A stretch of 64,000 nt of DNA from Neoechinorhynchus agilis (lineage: Eukaryota > Animalia > Acanthocephala): the NCBI GenBank assembly GCA_051530055.1, contig CM121341.1:16842784-16906783 (forward strand), given 5' to 3'. A model generated the notes under the pieces. The model ran no database searches. It saw only the letters and a program-made list of their open reading frames with translations, and was not told where the DNA came from. A program made the translations under genes and the position numbers. Below, in pieces: positions 24,776-37,843 of the stretch (positions are counted from its first letter, which is position 1; the number at the start of each line of letters is the position of its first letter).

Positions 24776-25577
24776 TGAAAAGCTACCGGCTGGTCAGACT
24801 TAGAAAATAGAATATTATAGTTGAGCTTGCCACTATTACTGTTTTCCAGCCGCTAAACTCTCTGAGTCAAGCAAATAAAAATTCAACATTTTACAAACAA
24901 CAAAAAGAAAGGAAGCTTCATATTAGACAGCTTAAAGTATTCAAGCAAAGACTTCAGATCTCTACAAGTGAAGAGCGTTTCACATACTAGACGACTGACA
25001 GAAATTGATGTAGAATAAGTGTTTCGTCCTTGGACGCTCCATAAAAAGCAAAAAAATAAGACACAACTTCGAAGTGGCTCTTCGTCGGAGTTGTAATTTT
25101 TTATGTATTTCTAACTGTATTCTGCATTTCAGTGTCGATTTTCTTAACATTTCATACAGACGCTTTAGCCTAACGACTGTCGAATAACCTTTTCACGGCT
25201 AACCGGATTCAACTTCTTCAAACCCACTCAAATTCGCGTGGATCATTTGATCAGATTGAGTTGGACGATGCTGCGCCGAAATGGAGCCCAGCCGTAATAA
25301 AGGCTGCTCTTTCTTGGCCACTCTAGCCCGTCGTCAAGATATCATCACTGAATGTGGATCAATCCAGAATTCTCCTTTACATAATAGTGAGATGCTTGAG
25401 AACATAAAAGGAGCCAAAAGGTATTATCTGCCATTCACCGATTATGTAGAATTCAATCAAAGTGACCTTCACCGTGTTACAGACGAGTACTTGGCAATGG
25501 CAAATGATCAAAATAGTCACTCAGGTTATTAAGCAATATTTTTTAACTTATGTCTGGCTGGCCGGCTACTTTTTATT

Positions 25578-25615
25578 AAGTGTTGAAGTGAACACATCGT
25601 ACACGGCTGATAATC
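25578..25615. repeat. Solo end of hairpin family A
   Basis: agtgttgaagtgaacacatcgtacacggctgataat matches the reverse complement of about 44378-44413. Confidence 0.65.
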
Positions 25616-25947
25616 CGCTCCTGCATTAGGTAAGCACATAAAATCACTTTCCTCCGGATGCTCAGATACCAATAGAGGAGAGGCGGGACAATCACCCATC
25701 GTAATTGATGCAAATTTGTCCCAATGAGAACTAGTGATGAGTTATTCTACTATTCCACGTCTGATTAAACGAATTCGAGTAAGTATTTGATTATTGTACT
25801 GTTAAAGAAAGGATGATTCTGCATAGAAATTACGATTTTTTGCTTAAACTGCGTATTTATCTTATTCACGAATGTTATGACAACCGGTGGAGTCGCCTTT
25901 CCGATCTATTAAAATGATCAATTTCATTTTAAGTGGATAAATCAGTG

Positions 25948-26631
25948 ATGAGAAGTACCGAAAATGAGTTCTACAGCCTCGAAGAAGACTGTCAGAGTAT
26001 TGAAAGATCGTTCCGAATGCCACGGATGGATTATTTGGCGTCGCCTACGAAATGGATTCGTAGCATGATTGATTCGGAAATGCGGAGGTACTTAAATCAA
26101 TTGTCCACTAGAATACTGCTGTCAACAGGAATCATGGTATCGATTGTATTGATCGCCAGTAGTCACGTCCCTACGACATGGTACGATATTGTCGATAATA
26201 TTGCAAAAGGGGTGAATGGGTCTCGCTGTGTTTTAACCGACAAATACGCCAACATAGATTCTTCGTATCTGAAACATGTCAGTGAAATCTTAGCAATCTT
26301 AGTGTGCATATTATTGATTATTGTGGTAATCGAAAATTCATGTGGAATATTGTTTGTTCGTTATTCGTTTCGCATTCGATTAATGTCCGGATTCGCTAGC
26401 CTGATAATGGCTCTTATGTGTTCCATAATGACTACAATGTACTTTTTGATCAGAACCAAAATGGAAGCTCATTTGGGAAGAGACTTTTGTTTGGTAGGAC
26501 AAAGCTACCATTGTAAGTTGATTGTACACTTGCAAACGGATCAAAAATGCTGGAGTATGCTATGGGCATTATTGCTCTCAATGGTGTCAGCAATTTCTTT
26601 TTCGGTCGATAGTTTTCTGAATTTATTCTGA
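25948..26631 (+). CDS. Multi-pass (about 4 TM) membrane protein, unknown family
   Basis: Intact ORF with four hydrophobic segments and Cys-containing loops; first ATG at 25948. Confidence 0.65.
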   Translation: MRSTENEFYSLEEDCQSIERSFRMPRMDYLASPTKWIRSMIDSEMRRYLNQLSTRILLSTGIMVSIVLIASSHVPTTWYDIVDNIAKGVNGSRCVLTDKYANIDSSYLKHVSEILAILVCILLIIVVIENSCGILFVRYSFRIRLMSGFASLIMALMCSIMTTMYFLIRTKMEAHLGRDFCLVGQSYHCKLIVHLQTDQKCWSMLWALLLSMVSAISFSVDSFLNLF

Positions 26632-27189
26632 TTGCCTTTGATTGACAAAAGTAAGACGAGTCGTTTCTGATTGGTATTAAAGCTGGACAGGTAACTTTTT
26701 GTGCAGGAAATTAATAAAACCCTAATAGTCGATTTTTTATATTTTACCCCAGCATTGTTGATGGAACGAATCAAAACACCCTACAAACAGTAATCAAAAA
26801 CACTTTCTTGATGGCAAAAAGAGGAAATGACGAACATTTCTCGTTATTCTGCTACCAAAATGATAATCTCACAGAAATGGTTAATTTAATGACTTTTATA
26901 TTTTAGTTTCTGTGAACTTAATAATTCGCTTTAACTTGTTTAGTACGATCCCACAATTACCCGCTAATTATTTTAGTCGTTTAGCGAGAGCAGCATTTAT
27001 GATAATTGCTTTTGCACAAAAGATACACTGCAGCTACTGTTTTCTCTTATTTTACTTTAGTGAATAATGCAATTTCGATCAATAGTTCTAAAACGCATAA
27101 ACGCGATTTTTCCTAGAAAAGCAACTGTTTTTGTTGATTTTACATTGATTCTTCGCTTGGTTTCTTATTTACGAGAAAGGGGGTCGGAA

Positions 27190-27378
27190 GGTAGATCACG
27201 AAACTAAATGACTATTTAATAACTGATCTATTATTGAATCGAAATTTCCTCATCAGTGTCCCTATCACTATCCGGCCTGTAGGGTAGATCACGAAACTAA
27301 ATGACTATTTAATAACTGATCTATTACTGAATAGGAATTTCCTCATCAGTGTTACTATCACTATCACTATCCGGCTTG
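27190..27378. repeat. Tandem duplication (~93 bp) of the Yippee 3' end and 3' UTR
   Basis: ggtagatcacgaaac...ctatccggc(c/t)tgta occurs at about 27190-27280 and 27283-27378. Confidence 0.9.
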
Positions 27379-27769
27379 TATAATAGTTTTGGTTGCGTTT
27401 CTTCGCGTATAAAAGCATTTTCGATCACGGTTTTTGCCTCTTTGTATTTCTGATCGCTGTTTACAGAATATTCGTATTCCCAACCGATTTTCTCCTCGCA
27501 ACCCGCACAGAATATGTCTCTGACCAAATGTCTCCCGGTCATTAGAGCCTGTAAATTTTGGCACTGTTTAATTCTCTTTTCATGCGACAAACCTTTTCTT
27601 GCACTGGTCCACGTAGAACGTTATAAGCTCGTTTGAAGAGAATTGCCGGTCCAGTTGATCCATTGAACCGTCTCGAAACAATGTCCCTTTTCTTTGCCAA
27701 ATGAACTTGACATTTTGAACATACGTAGACATACTTTCCATTCAGATATCGATAACACTTTCGTCCCAT
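27324..27769 (-). CDS. YPEL5: Yippee-like protein (YPEL5-type), paralogue 1; exons 27593-27769, 27324-27548
   Basis: MGR..Y....YVCSKC..HL....IVSRRFNGSTG.A.LF and [24 protein letters not shown], joined by a 44-nt GT-AG intron. Confidence 0.9.
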
Positions 27770-28656
27770 CTAAAATCTAGGGTTAAATGTATTCTTACCA
27801 CCTCCTCAGGTTTTATTATATCAAGCAGTTTGCCCGACAGTTAGAGGATCATTCAATAGTTCTTGGAATCGGGAACCTTTAAAGAAGTCACTTTATAGGA
27901 TCAATCGGACAAGTGACTATTGCGAGTCTTGTTGGAACTAAAGCGACTACGATTCTACTTAAAGGTTGAACCTTGATGACGCAAATGAGAACGGTGTTGA
28001 TATACCAAAGGTATGCATCAATCAAAGTTAATTCTCGCTGTATATTTAGGTCTTCAAGTACATTTTTTGTTGGAGCGTTTGTTTGCTGATTTATTAGTTT
28101 ATTGACATGAATTTCAAATTTGTTTTCAAAATCCAGTTTATTTCTGATGTTTGGCAATTTTGCCGTAATCCGTGTACATCGTTGTTGTGATGTTTTGTGA
28201 CTGATATACATTTTAGCCCAATGATTTGAGTTGATGTTCAGCTAATGCCGCGGCAGTTCATTCATTTAAAATCAATAAATTTTTATTTTAAAGCAATTTG
28301 CTGAATGCTGTCAGTAAAATTTTCTTTGTGAATCACACTTTCTATCAACTTATTCTCCATTGGTTAACGGACTAGTTTTTATCGAACTTGCCAATGTTGA
28401 CTATCTTGCTTTCAATAAGATCAAAGAAGTATCCTTTGGACCTGTCATGTCCTCCAATGATAGGAATCCTAGACTAACGTCAACACGTAATGCTCTTTTT
28501 TAGGCAAGTATAAAGGCTACGCATATTTTAAATTTCATGTGAGACTTGGTTTTACCAAAAGACCATACGTTCTTAAATATTTTAAGGATTGCGTCGTTTG
28601 TAAAGTAACTTTATACAGTCTACTAACTGTGTGCAATAGAGCGGTCGACTACTTCG

Positions 28657-30539
28657 ATGCACTCTCTTCATCGGTCATGGCGGTTGCTGATCGCCATTCT
28701 ATGCTGCGCAGGATTGACTATTTGCTTTAATCAGCGAACCAATCTGTCAATCAGCATTTTATGCATGATCAATAAAACCAATGGAAACGAATCTTCGTCA
28801 ATGGTAAAAATGTCTTAAATAGAAAACCCGTAGCTTTTTATTTGTAGGCAAACGGACCGTTTTCTTGGTCTCCGACACAAATCGGAAACATTTTATCGGC
28901 TTACTACTATGGATATGCAATTGGGCAGATTCCAGGAGGATTTCTAGCTGCTCATTATGGCTCTAAATCGGTGGCATTGATATCGATTTTCGGTTCGAGT
29001 ATGTTGACTATCGCTACTCCTCCAGCGGCTCGTACGGCACTTAGTCTAATTTTGATCGATAGAGTCGCGATTGGAGTGTTTGCGGTATCTATTTCTTTTC
29101 AAATCTTAAATCTATTTTGCTCACAAAAATAGGGACTCTTATGGTCAACTCTATTTCAAGTAGGAGCCAAGTGGTTCCCTACATCAGAACGAACTCTCCT
29201 TTTATCCATTGTCAATTCAGGTTTTGTGGCATTTTTAAGGTTTTTAGTTGATTTTTTTATTTTTAGGTTCATCCATTGGTGTGATTATATCGAACCCAAT
29301 ATCCGCAGAGTTTTGTTTAGCTAACGGTAATTGGGAATGGAGTTTCTATTTATCAGGTATTTAGTTTTTCCATTTTTTGGCATTATGAGTAGAACTATTG
29401 AAGGTATCCTTGGTCTATTGTGGTGCATTGTCTGGATTGGGTTTGTACGCTCGACCCCTGGAGATCATAGATTTATCAAAAAAGAAGAATTAGATTACAT
29501 CGAGGAGACGATAAAGAGGGTGGATAAATCTACGGTCCGTTAAATGACAGTTTGAAACCGCAGTACATATTAGAGAATGGAACTTGTTACTCTTTTTCAT
29601 GAACGTCGAACCCGATAATATTATTCTATTAAAAAGTAGCGCGATGCTCATTCAGTGAGTGAATGGCAGTCGCTTCGAACAAGACTTCATTCTCGAGTAT
29701 GTTCTGTACTGTGCAGTTTGAGCCGAAAACGAATTTTTGAAATTTTAGAAAATTCCTGTACTGAAAATTATGACAAACTATCACTGTTTGGGATTCTTTA
29801 CTTCCCATTCGTTAATGGCGTTCAGTTTCCATGCATTTGCAGTGTATATTTGGATTTTGTTAAAACAAAAGGTCACTGATAATATGCGAAAGGTCAGCCT
29901 AATAAACGTCGTTAGTGTAAATACTTCTATGCTGTTATTAATAGCTATGTTATTCTGTAATCCTTTATTGGTTTGCTTTTATGGTCATGACGCCGATTTT
30001 CGGATACTTATCCGATTGGTTGATAAACCGCAGGAGTTTGCTAAAGACAACAACACGGCGACTGTGTGTTTGCATTGGTACTCGTTTATTTCCTTTAACT
30101 CTTTAACGTTCAAAAACACGAGCAGGGTGCGTGATACCAGGATTGATGATGTTAATCCTCGGTTTTATGAGCATTGAGAACTCTTGGTCGGTTATAGCTG
30201 TTTTCACCGTAATGTACCTCACAATGTCAGTAGTCGTTCGAATTCAGTTAAATTAGCGATTTCATTGTGTTTAGGGCTGCTAATTGTGGTGGAGGGATCA
30301 TGATGACTCCGAATGATATGGCGCCGGCATTTCCTTCAGCCATATGGGGAATATCGAATACTTTTGCGACTCTAGCCGGTGTTATCGCCAGTGTCATGAT
30401 TGGAAATGTTATTGACAAGCACAATGTAATCTCGTGGAAGACAGTCATGTTCAGCTGTGCTGGTGCTAATCTTCTCTCGGCTATTGTGTTCTGTGTCGCT
30501 GTCACCGGTGAACCGGTGAAAGCACTTGTCAGAACTTGA
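28657..30539 (+). CDS. SLC17-family (sialin-like) MFS anion transporter, multi-exon; an extra upstream exon from about 28447 is possible
   Basis: Manual splicing over about eight GT-AG introns yields NQRTNLSISI, GNILSAYYYGYAIGQIPGGFLA, KWFPTSER, FGYLSDWLI and NDMAPAFPSAIWGISNTFATLAG. Confidence 0.85.
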
Positions 30540-30817
30540 ATTTTCAGGATTATCTTCGAACGTCACAAAATCCGTTCGTTTTGTTATTCCTTTTAAAAGC
30601 TTAAATGAATAAAAGACCTGCAGTTTCCTTTGGTCATTAATTCGAAACTTTAAAAAAATCAACAAAAAGAGTTTGTCTGGATCACTAAGTTGCCTTCTTC
30701 GTGTGTAACAAATCAAGTTTTGGTTTGGATTACTAAGCGCTGCTTGGTTGTTCAGTCGCATGTTTATCTATTGATGATTGTTTGATTGACAATCCGACTG
30801 AAAGAGAGTTTATTGAA

Positions 30818-30856
30818 ACACCTAGCTTTCGCCGTCCAACGGCTTCTTCAGGGTGT
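30818..30856 (-). ncRNA. Minimal type I hammerhead ribozyme in pLTR (outer, intact stem I)
   Basis: ACACC-CTGAAGA-A-GCCGT-TGG-ACGGC-GAA-AGCT-A-GGTGT: core CUGANGA/GAAA, stem II GCCGT/ACGGC, palindromic stem III AGCT, stem I ACACC/GGTGT. Confidence 0.85.
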
Positions 30857-30970
30857 AATCTACAATGCGAGTGAAGTGGAGTGGAAGTTCACATTAGATT
30901 CATGACGGCAGACAACTCATCCTTCTGGTTAATGAGTGTCCTACCGTCCGACCGATGCCCGCTAGAGTCC

Positions 30971-33675
30971 TCACGATCCCGGGTCTCTCGGGATATGATC
31001 AGCGCTTCCGCTATCGACAGTTCGACGGGATCCTGCGCTTTGTACATTATGCGCGTGGACAGCTGAACTGTTCAATCCGGGTGGACTCGCGAATAATGTT
31101 TCGCCCACGGTGTCGTCACATACGATTGCGCACTTGGGTTCAACGAGTTTCGTACATGCTCGGCCACTCTTTGGCGAAGTGGCCTTTCTGTTTTTCCCAC
31201 GTACGTGACCAAGTGGCCACGGTCAATCCGACACCGTTCACACCGGATCTCGAATACCACACTGCTCTGATCGCACATCTTCCAGTCACGATCAATGGCT
31301 TGCTGACGCTCCTCGTCCATCCTCGCACCTGCTGCGTATCTGCACATTAGGCACGACCGAGGGCATTCCTGATGATCCTCATGATGGCTCGTTCTCGTCA
31401 GCATCCTCCGCAGCGTTCTACACCCTCTGTGCACAATACGCACATTCAACCCTGCTTGCCTGAGCAGTACTTTAACTCTCTTCGTGAACATTTCACTCAC
31501 GTACGGAATTCGTAGGATCGGCCTATCGTCCTTTCGTTCCCTCATGGGTCCAGCGTCTCGTCTAATTCTATTTTCCACTTCTCGCTGGAATCCTTCGATC
31601 TCCTCTGTCGAATATCCGTTGTCCGCGAAGATTTTGTTTACTGCTTCCACCGCTCCACGCTTCGCGTCCCACGACGATGAGCAGGTGGTTGCCGATTTAT
31701 GCATACCAGCGTATATCGCCGCTTTCATCGCCCAAGGATGGTGAGAATCTCGGTGCATCACAATCGACTTCCTGCATGGCTTTCGATACCAATTGAAGTT
31801 GGACACATTGTCGGATTTGAAGCGGTGATTGAGGAATGGCAGGTAGTCCGAAGGTTGGTCTCTTGTAACTTGAATCCTCCTATTCGAGTCCATTGAATTT
31901 AATAGTGACTCAATGGTATCGACCTCATCATCCTCGGTGAAGGTCAGCAACACATCGTCCACATAGCGGAGGTAAACTTGACTCGACACTAAATGTGGAT
32001 AGATGTGCAGTCTTTCCAGGTCATCGAGGTAGAGGATGGCCAATACCGGAGCCAAACTATTTCCCATTGCGAGACCACGAACTTGCTTATATAGCTGGTT
32101 TCGATAACGAAAAAGGTTGCACTTCAATACCAATCGTGTCAGACCAATAACATCGTCTGGTAGTAGACCAAAGAGGTCAAGATCTTCATTCTCCTTCAAC
32201 CTTTTCTCCAGCGCACGTACTGCTCCCTCGTTGTCCACATTGGTGTACAATGCCACGAAATCAAAAGACATTACGCGACTGTTGGACAATTCATTCTGTC
32301 GCGATCGCAACGTTGATAACAGCTCATCAGTATTACTCACAAATGCCCGTGTCCTCCGTAGCAATGGACCGATAGCCGAAGCCAGGAAACGAGAAACACG
32401 GTACGCTTGTCCATTAACCGCAGATATGATTGGTCTGCATTTCAGCAATGAGGCTGCTTGTGGTGTAACCGGACCAATAGGCATCTTGTGTGTCTTGACC
32501 AATCCGTACATCACCGGCGTACGTAATGGACCGTGTGTGAAACTGCTCATCCCTTTCAACTCTCGAGCCGATATCACTTTTCGAAGAGCAGCATTCAACT
32601 CCTTGCGCTGTTGCTCACATTCGTCTTTTGTCGCCATTGTATATGTATCAGTGTGACCCAATAACGTCCCCATCATCGCACTTTCCACGCTGCTTTCCAT
32701 CGCCACGAGATCACTTCCCTTATCGCTCACTGTTATCCTCATCTAGTTCTTTTGCACTTTCTCTTTCAGAGACCTCAGTGCTCGTCGTTCACTCAACGGA
32801 AGATTCGGTTTCGAGCGGTAATCCATATAACGATCCGTCAAGTTTTCTATGCCCTCTCGCAACATCAACAATTTTCTCTCTGTGTGATCATCAGCTCTCG
32901 GTACTGCGAATGCATTCCTTTCGAAATCAGAACGCGGTCGAGATCGCGAGACACACTCAGGTTCACAACTAGGCGGTGCATTAGCCTCTGCAGCAACCAG
33001 ACGTTCCCCATCACGAACAGCTTTTACCCGTAGTTGGTACGCTAAGCGCGCGACGTCCATTTGTAATTGGAATACATCCTCTTTCCTCAGTGCATGTGTC
33101 GGTGCAAAGGACGGTCCACGTGAGAGAACCATACGTTCATCTCTATTCAACATTCCATCCGGAATGCACGTCATCCGGTCGGTGAGTAAGACTTGACTCC
33201 TCGGTCGGCTCGGATCGACCTTCGATTCGCATAACGCGGCATATTTCGCTTTCATTCGATCTTTGGAAGTTCGCTTCGCAGTTTGGCCAGCATCCAACGC
33301 GATATCCATCACACGCGAAAATTCCTCCTTTCCCAACACTTCTGACAAATACTGCTTACATATATCGAGATCCTTCCTCAAACATTGTAGATCGTTCCAG
33401 GTATTTCTTATCCTGACTTTGAGGCAAACAAACCGGAACCTGCATAGATTTTCCCTGATGCGCTTCTCCCGCAAAAAACCCTTCGGCACACGGACACCAT
33501 CGAGGAATGCAGGGAGTATTTTTTTTCGGAGGCACCTTGTGAGGAACTGAATCCGTTGTTCGTGATCCTTCAGACGCTCCAACATCGCAATGTAATTCTT
33601 GGCAGCAGCCAAGATCGGACTGTCCATCCGCATGTCGATAAGATTACTAAGCGCTGCTTGGTTGTTCAGTCGCAT
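30971..33675 (-). pseudogene. Penelope ORF copy A (~900 codons; stops at 32743 and 31072)
   Basis: ORFs 32743..33675 and 31072..32742 are collinear; copies B and D have aag gag where A has aac tag. Confidence 0.9.
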
Positions 33676-33732
33676 GTTTTATCTATTGATGATTGTTTGA
33701 TTGACAATCCGACTGAAAGAGAGTTTATTGAA

Positions 33733-33771
33733 ACACATAGCTTTCGCCGTCCAACGGCTTCTTCAGGGTGT
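33733..33771 (-). ncRNA. Hammerhead ribozyme (inner, stem I G>T variant)
   Basis: Same motif with TGTGT instead of GGTGT. Confidence 0.8.
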
Positions 33772-34155
33772 AATCTACAATGCGAGTGAAGTGGAGTGGA
33801 AGTTCACATTAGATTCATGACGGCAGACAACTCATCCTTCTGGTTAATGAGTGTCCTACCGTCCGACCGATGCCCGCTAGAGTCCTAACGATCCCGGTTC
33901 TCTCGGGATATGATCAGCGCTTCCGCTATCGACAGTTCGACGGGATCCTGCGCTTTGTACATTATGTGCGTGGACAGCTGAACTGTTCCATCCGGGTGGA
34001 CTCGCGAATAATGTTGCCCACGGTGTCAATGTACATACGATTGCGCACTTGGGTTCAACGAGTTTCTACGTACATGCTCGGTTACTCTTTGGCGAAGTGG
34101 CCTTTCTGTTTTGCCCACGTACGTGACCAAGTGGCCACGGTCAATCCGACACCGT

Positions 34156-36093
34156 TCATACCGGATCTCGTAGACCACCACTGCTCTGATCGCACATCTT
34201 CCAGTCACGATCAATGGCTTGCTGACGCTCCTCGTCCATCCTCGCACCTGCTGCGTATCTGCACATTAGGCACGACCGAGGGCATTCCTGATGATCCTCA
34301 TGATGCCTCGTTCTCGTCAGCATCCTCCGCAGCGTTCTACACCCTCTGTGCACAATACGCACATTCAACCCTGCTTGCCTGAGCAGTACTTTAACTCTCT
34401 TCGTGAACATTTCACTCACGTACGGAATTCGTAGGATCGGCCTATCGTCCTTTCGTTCCCTCATGGGTCCAGCGTCTCGTCTAATTCTATTTTCCACTTC
34501 TCGCTGGAATCCTTCGATCTCCTCTGTCGAATATCCGTTGTCCGCGAAGATCTTGTTTACTGCTTCCACCGCTCCACGCTTCGCGTCCCACGACGATGAG
34601 CAGGTGGTTGCCGATTTATGCATACCAGCGTATATCGCCGCTTTCATCGCCCAAGGATGGTGAGAATCTCGGTGCATCACAATCGACTTCCTGCATGGCT
34701 TTCGATACCAATTGAAGTTGGACACATCGTCGGATTTGAAGCGGAGATTGAGGAATGGCAGGTAGTCCGAAGGTTGGTCTCTTGTAACTTGAATCCTCCT
34801 ATTCGAGTCCATTGAATTTAATAGTGACTCAATGGTATCGACCTCATCATCCTCGGTGAAGGTCAGCAACACATCGTCCACATAGCGGAGGTAAACTTGA
34901 CTCGACGCTAAATGTGGATAGATGTGCAGTCTTTCCAGGTCATCGAGGTAGAGGATGGCCAATACCGGAGCCAAACTATTTCCCATTGCGAGACCACGAA
35001 CTTGCTTATATAGCTGGTTTCGATAACGAAAAAGGTTGCACTTCAATACCAATCGTGTCAGACCAATAACATCGTCTGGTAGTAGACCAAAGAGGTCAAG
35101 ATCTTCATTCTCCTTCAACCTTTTCTCCAGCGCACGTACTGCTCCCTCGTTGTCCACATTGGTGTACAATGCCACGAAATCAAAAGACATTACGCGACTG
35201 TTGGTCAATTCATTCTGTCGCGATCGCAACGTTGATAACAGCTCATCAGTATTACTCACAAATGCCCGTGTCCTCCGTAGCAATGGACCGATAGCCGAAG
35301 CCAGGAAACGAGAAACACGGTACGCTGGTCCATTAACCGCAGATATGATTGGTCTGCATTTCAGCAATGAGGCTGCTTGCGGTGTAACCGGACCAATAGG
35401 CATCTTGTGTGTCTTGACCAATCCGTACATCACCGGCGTACGTAATGGACCGTGTGTGAAACTGCTCATCCCTTTCAACTCTCGAGCCGATATCACTTTT
35501 CGAAGAGCAGCATTCAACTCCTTGCGCTGTTGCTCACATTCGTCTTTTGTCGCCATTGTATATGTATCAGTGTGACCCAATAACGTCCCCATCATCGCAC
35601 TTTCCACGCTGCTTTCCATCGCCACGAGATCACCTCCCTTATCGCTCACTGTTATCCTCATCTCCTTCTTTTGCACTTTCTCTTTCAGAGACCTCAGTGC
35701 TCGTCGTTCACTCAACGGAAGATTCGGTTTCGAGCGGTAATCCATATAACGATCCGTCAAGTTTTCTATGCCCTCTCGCAACATCAACAATTTTCTCTCT
35801 GTGTGATCATCAGCTCTCGGTACTGCGAATGCATTCCTTTCGAAATCAAAACGCGGTCGATATCGCGAGACACACTCAGGTTCACAACTAGGCGGTGCAT
35901 TAGCCTCTGCAGCAACCAGACGTTCCCCATCACGAACAGCTTTTACCCGTAGTTGGTACGCTAAGCGCGCGACGTCCACTTGCAATTGGAATACATCCTC
36001 TTTCCTCAGTGCATGTGTCGGTGCAAAGGACGGTCCACGTGAGAGAACCATACGTTCATCTCTATTCAACATTCCATCCGGAATGCACGTCAT
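34156..36093 (-). pseudogene. Penelope ORF copy B, 5'-truncated, GIY-YIG frameshifted
   Basis: 645-aa ORF nearly identical to A, ending out of frame after MCDQSS. Confidence 0.9.
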
Positions 36094-37634
36094 TGTACGG
36101 ATTGGTCAAGACACACAAGATGCCTATTGGTCCGGTTACACCGCAAGCAGCCTCATTGCTGAAATGCAGACCAATCATATCTGCGGTTAATGGACCAGCG
36201 TACCGTGTTTCTCGTTTCCTGGCTTCGGCTATCGGTCCATTGCTACGGAGGACACGGGCATTTGTGAGTAATACTGATGAGCTGTTATCAACGTTGCGAT
36301 CGCGACAGAATGAATTGACCAACAGTCGCGTAATGTCTTTTGATTTCGTGGCATTGTACACCAATGTGGACAACGAGGGAGCAGTACGTGCGCTGGAGAA
36401 AAGGTTGAAGGAGAATGAAGATCTTGACCTCTTTGGTCTACTACCAGACGATGTTATTGGTCTGACACGATTGGTATTGAAGTGCAACCTTTTTCGTTAT
36501 CGAAACCAGCTATATAAGCAAGTTCGTGGTCTCGCAATGGGAAATAGTTTGGCTCCGGTATTGGCCATCCTCTACCTCGATGACCTGGAAAGACTGCACA
36601 TCTATCCACATTTAGCGTCGAGTCAAGTTTACCTCCGCTATGTGGACGATGTGTTGCTGACCTTCACCGAGGATGATGAGGTCGATACCATTGAGTCACT
36701 ATTAAATTCAATGGACTCGAATAGGAGGATTCAAGTTACAAGAGACCAACCTTCGGACTACCTGCCATTCCTCAATCTCCGCTTCAAATCCGACGATGTG
36801 TCCAACTTCAATTGGTATCGAAAGCCATGCAGGAAGTCGATTGTGATGCACCGAGATTCTCACCATCCTTGGGCGATGAAAGCGGCGATATACGCTGGTA
36901 TGCATAAATCGGCAACCACCTGCTCATCGTCGTGGGACGCGAAGCGTGGAGCGGTGGAAGCAGTAAACAAGATCTTCGCGGACAACGGATATTCGACAGA
37001 GGAGATCGAAGGATTCCAGCGAGAAGTGGAAAATAGAATTAGACGAGACGCTGGACCCATGAGGGAACGAAAGGACGATAGGCCGATCCTACGAATTCCG
37101 TACGTGAGTGAAATGTTCACGAAGAGAGTTAAAGTACTGCTCAGGCAAGCAGGGTTGAATGTGCGTATTGTGCACAGAGGGTGTAGAACGCTGCGGAGGA
37201 TGCTGACGAGAACGAGGCATCATGAGGATCATCAGGAATGCCCTCGGTCGTGCCTAATGTGCAGATACGCAGCAGGTGCGAGGATGGACGAGGAGCGTCA
37301 GCAAGCCATTGATCGTGACTGGAAGATGTGCGATCAGAGCAGTGTGGTCTACGAGATCCGATGTGAACGGTGTCGGATTGACCGTGGCCACTTGGTCACG
37401 TACGTGGGAAAAACAGAAAGGCCACTTCGCCAAAGAGTGGCCGAGCATGTACGAAACTCGTTGAACCCAAGTGCGCAATCGTATCTGACGACACCGTGGG
37501 CGAAACATAATTCGCGAGTCCACCCGGATGGAACAGTTCAGCTGTCCACGCACATAATGTACAAAGCGCAGGATCCCGTCGAACTGTCGATAGCGGAAGC
37601 GCTGATCATATCCCGAGAGAACCGGGATCGTTAG
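36093..37634 (+). pseudogene. Penelope ORF copy C, 5'-truncated, RT core and GIY-YIG intact
   Basis: Begins at YGLVKTHK; the only copy reading through HPDG to the natural stop. Confidence 0.9.
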
Positions 37635-37747
37635 GACTCTAGCGGGCATCGGTCGGACGGTAGGACACTCATTAACCAGAAGGATGAGTTGTCTGCCGTC
37701 ATGAATCTAATGTGAACTTCCACTCCACTTCACTCGCATTGTAGATT

Positions 37748-37786
37748 ACACCCTGAAGAAGCCGTTGGACGGCGAAAGCTATGTGT
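37748..37786 (+). ncRNA. Hammerhead ribozyme (inner, stem I G>T variant)
   Basis: acaccctgaagaagccgttggacggcgaaagctatgtgt. Confidence 0.8.
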
Positions 37787-37843
37787 TTCAATAAACTCTC
37801 TTTCAGTCGGATTGTCAATCAAACAATCATCAATAGATAAAAC

